In this document: piece after piece, positions 60,831 to 64,000 of the stretch
Position numbering within the stretch: the first letter of the stretch is position 1
How the letters are laid out: each line of letters starts with the position of its first letter
Assembly: GCA_032718475.1 (NCBI GenBank)
Contig: JAUCBJ010007014.1
Coordinates: 101,946-165,945 of the forward strand
Length of the DNA stretch: 64,000 nucleotides
Origin: Nemertoderma westbladi
Taxonomy: Eukaryota; Animalia; Xenacoelomorpha
Reading direction: 5' to 3'
Made by a program: the position numbers and the translations under genes
The notes under the pieces: model-generated
What the model was told of the DNA's origin: nothing
Databases searched by the model: none
The model's input: only the letters and a program-made list of their open reading frames with translations

Positions 60831-61041
60831 TTTTACTTCTATAAAGTTATCAGGCAATACCCTGTATTATTTTGCTGTATTGTATGTACAGATGTAGGTA
60901 TAAAGCAGATTTATCAAAAGTCTGAAACTACCGGCTATCAGTACCGGCATATTACCTGACTATCAGACAGCCTACTGGAACAACCGGTAGTTTGTATATA
61001 ATCATTGGATTCTCTCGCTGCCTGCTGGTCTACAATATAAT

Positions 61042-62292
61042 ATGGATAGAAGAAAGTCCACCGATACAACGAAGAAACAACAGGTTAACATAAACGCGCG
61101 ACAAACGGATGCTCATTCCTCGCAGACGAGGGGTAAATCAGGTTCACTACAAAGGAACACTAAGATTAATAAGATAACCATAGCACGGGATATTGCACGG
61201 GACGATGGGTTTACCGAAATCGAAGTTAACTGCTCTGGTTCGAACTGTGACGTCTCAATGATTTGTATAGCTAGAGAAGGGACCGAATTCGGCCGAATCG
61301 ATTTTTATTGTGGCACATGCGTGAGCCAACGTCTAGCTGGTCTCGCTGCCGAACTAGAGAAACACGAGACGCGTGTATGTGATAATCTGTTGGAGATGCA
61401 ACAACAATTGGACTCTATCACCGGTAGAACCAATAAACTGGAAAAACGGGTTAATGATAACAGAGACGCAACATTAACCAGATTAAAGGAACTTCGGGTT
61501 GAACTTGAAACAAACACTGACGATAACATGAAGAGGATCTCAAACCTTGAAACTTCTGTATCAGAATTCAACAATGCATGTACAACAGCGGAAGTGGAAC
61601 CTGATATCGGAGGTGTATGGAACAAAGTATCGTACTCTTCAAAGGTTAAATCCAACAAGAAAGTGCCAAACCTTGCCGCGCTATCAAAGCAAATACAACA
61701 CGAAGAAGCAGAACACAACAAACGTAAACTTAATCTCGTAATAAAAGGTTGCGATCTGCCACCAGAACGCGACGTTAAAGATGCTGTAATTGACATAGCT
61801 AGCGCCATTAATGTTGATCTAGTTAGGGCGGAGACTATTACAAGACGCGTCGGAAAACTGCAGAACAGTGGTCACCCGAGACCAATAGTTATTACTCTAT
61901 CCCAGGAGAAACGCCAGGCTCTCCTACGGAATGCCCGGGGACTCCGCAACATAGAGCGGTACAAGAGAGTATATATCTCCCCTGATTACACACCCGAAGA
62001 AAGTCGACTTCAGTTCGAGTTACGAGAGGAGCTCCGGTCTCGGACAGCTGCTCACCCAGATAAACGTTGGATTATCCAACGCAGTACCGTAGTGGAAGCT
62101 ACCTTTCAAAGATCAGACCGATCTGTCCGGCAATATCCTGTGGCAGGTGATATGGACAACGCACCCGAGCCTGTACAGAACCCGAAAACTATAGACCTTA
62201 CGACATCACCTCCTCATAAAGCCACCCATTCATATTCCGAACGACAATTTCGAACCAGAAAGAGTTCGGGAATATCCACGCAGACAGACTGA
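61042..62292 (+). CDS. CR1/L2-type LINE ORF1p (PHD-like Cys cluster, coiled coil, RRM-like region)
   Basis: CSGSNC...FYCGTC, heptad-rich region, RKLNLVIKG, RPIVITL and VYISPDYT motifs. Confidence 0.85.
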   Translation: MDRRKSTDTTKKQQVNINARQTDAHSSQTRGKSGSLQRNTKINKITIARDIARDDGFTEIEVNCSGSNCDVSMICIAREGTEFGRIDFYCGTCVSQRLAGLAAELEKHETRVCDNLLEMQQQLDSITGRTNKLEKRVNDNRDATLTRLKELRVELETNTDDNMKRISNLETSVSEFNNACTTAEVEPDIGGVWNKVSYSSKVKSNKKVPNLAALSKQIQHEEAEHNKRKLNLVIKGCDLPPERDVKDAVIDIASAINVDLVRAETITRRVGKLQNSGHPRPIVITLSQEKRQALLRNARGLRNIERYKRVYISPDYTPEESRLQFELREELRSRTAAHPDKRWIIQRSTVVEATFQRSDRSVRQYPVAGDMDNAPEPVQNPKTIDLTTSPPHKATHSYSERQFRTRKSSGISTQTD

Positions 62293-62400
62293 CAACCACC
62301 TACATGCACAGCCGGGACACCGAAGGTATCCCTGTCACTTGTAAGTTTCAACCATACAATCAGTACCATACACTTTGACAATATACCCGGTAATGGCAAT

Positions 62401-64000
62401 AACGATGGTATCAATAATGTAAACAGTCCCGATACCGATGATTATATATCCGGTACCGGCAGTAATGATATTGTCAATAATGTAGACAGTTCCGGAAATG
62501 TTAGTGATTATAAATCAACCTGTAATGAAAGTGTCAATAATGTAAACAGTCTTGTTACCGGTGATTATATATCCGGTACCGGCAGTAATGATATTGTCAA
62601 TAATGTAGACAGTTCTGGAAATGTTAGTGATTATAAATCAACCTGTAATGAAAGTGTCAATAATGTAAACAGTCTCGTTACCGGTGATTATATATCCGGT
62701 ACCGGCAGTAATGATATTGTCAATAATGTAGACAGTTCTGGAAATGTTAGTGATTATAAATCAACCTGTAATGAAAGTGTCAATAATGTAAACAGTCTTG
62801 TTACCGGTGATTATATATCCGGTACCGGCAGTAATAACATTGTCAATAATGTAGACAGGTCTGGAAATGTTAGTGATTATAAATCAACCTGTAATGAAAG
62901 TGTCAATAATGTAAACAGTCTTGTTACCGGTGATTATATATCCGGTACCGGCAGTAATGATATTGTCAATAATGTGGACAGTTCTGGAAATGTTAGTGAT
63001 TATAAATCAACCTGTAATGAAAGTGTCAATAATGTAAACAGTCTCGTTACCAACGATTATATATCCGGTACCGGCAGTAATGATATTGTCAATAATGTGG
63101 ACAGTTCTGGAAATGTTAGTGATTATAAATCAACCTGTAATGAAAGTGTCAATAATGTAAACAGTCTCGTTACCAACGATTATATATCCGGTACCGGCAG
63201 TAATGATATTGTCAATAATGTAGACAGTTCTGGAAATGTTAGTGATTATAAATCAACCTGTAATGAAAGTGTCAATAATGTAAACAGTCTTGTTACCGGT
63301 GATTATATATCCGGTACCGGCAGTAATGATATTGTCAATAATGTAGACAGTTCTGGAAATGTTAGTGATTATAAATCAACCTGTAATGAAAGTGTCAATA
63401 ATGTAAACAGTCTCGTTACCGATGATTATATATCCGGTACCGGCAGTAATGATATTGTCAATAATGTAGACAGTTCTGGAAATGTTAGTGATTATAAATC
63501 AACCTGTAATGAAAGTGTCAATAATGTAAACAGTCTCGTTACCAACGATTATATATCCGGTACCGGCAGTAATAACATTGTCAATAATGTAGACAGGTCT
63601 GGAAATGTTAGTGATTATAAATCAACCTGTAATGAAAGTGTCAATAATGTAAACAGTCTCGTTACCGATGATTATATATCCGGTACCGGCAGTAATGATA
63701 TTGTCAATAATGTGGACAGTTCTGGAAATGTTAGTGATTATAAATCAACCTGTAATGAAAGTGTCAATAATGTAAACAGTCTCGTTACCAACGATTATAT
63801 ATCCGGTACCGGCAGTAATGATATTGTCAATAATGTGGACAGTTCTGGAAATGTTAGTGATTATAAATCAACCTGTAATGAAAGTGTCAATAATGTAAAC
63901 AGTCTCGTTACCAACGATTATATATCCGGTACCGGAAGTAATGATATTGTCAATAATGTAGACAGGTCTGGAAATGTTAGTGATTATAAATCAACCTGTA
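62401..64000 (+). repeat. 123-bp tandem array (~13 units, each 60+63-bp subunits), open in frame, runs off the window
   Basis: AGTAATGATATTGTC recurs at 62461, 62584 and 62707. The unit translates as SNDIVNNVDSSGNVSDYKSTCNESVNNVNSLVTGDYISGTG. Confidence 0.97.

Overview
Eukaryotic (probably invertebrate) transposon nest with no recognisable host gene. The backbone is a ~7.3-kb near-palindrome with AGTAGT...ACTACT Maverick/Polinton-like ends (6250-55650, centre ~34681-34732). Each arm was hit by a large BEL/Pao LTR retrotransposon: BEL-B (7184-32591, TSD GATGG) and BEL-C (38234-54922, TSD TTATG). BEL-B carries a young, single-ORF GalEa-type Copia element (14031-18898) and a 5'-truncated RTE LINE. 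BEL-C carries a HINE/MITE-like element. The left flank holds a third BEL element (BEL-A) and a 3' fragment of a BEL-C relative. The right flank holds an esterase-ORF1 LINE cut at its 2A-like motif, a second RTE copy, and a CR1-type ORF1 followed by an open-frame 123-bp tandem array. The most notable signal is that neither complete BEL element has a tRNA-type (TGG) PBS. In each, the 11 nt abutting the 5' LTR are complementary to an 11-nt tract inside the element's own LTR. This is the architecture of Tf1-like self-primed reverse transcription, which I do not know to be described for BEL/Pao. These BEL elements also carry non-env accessory ORFs. All calls were made by eye; no searches or alignments were run.
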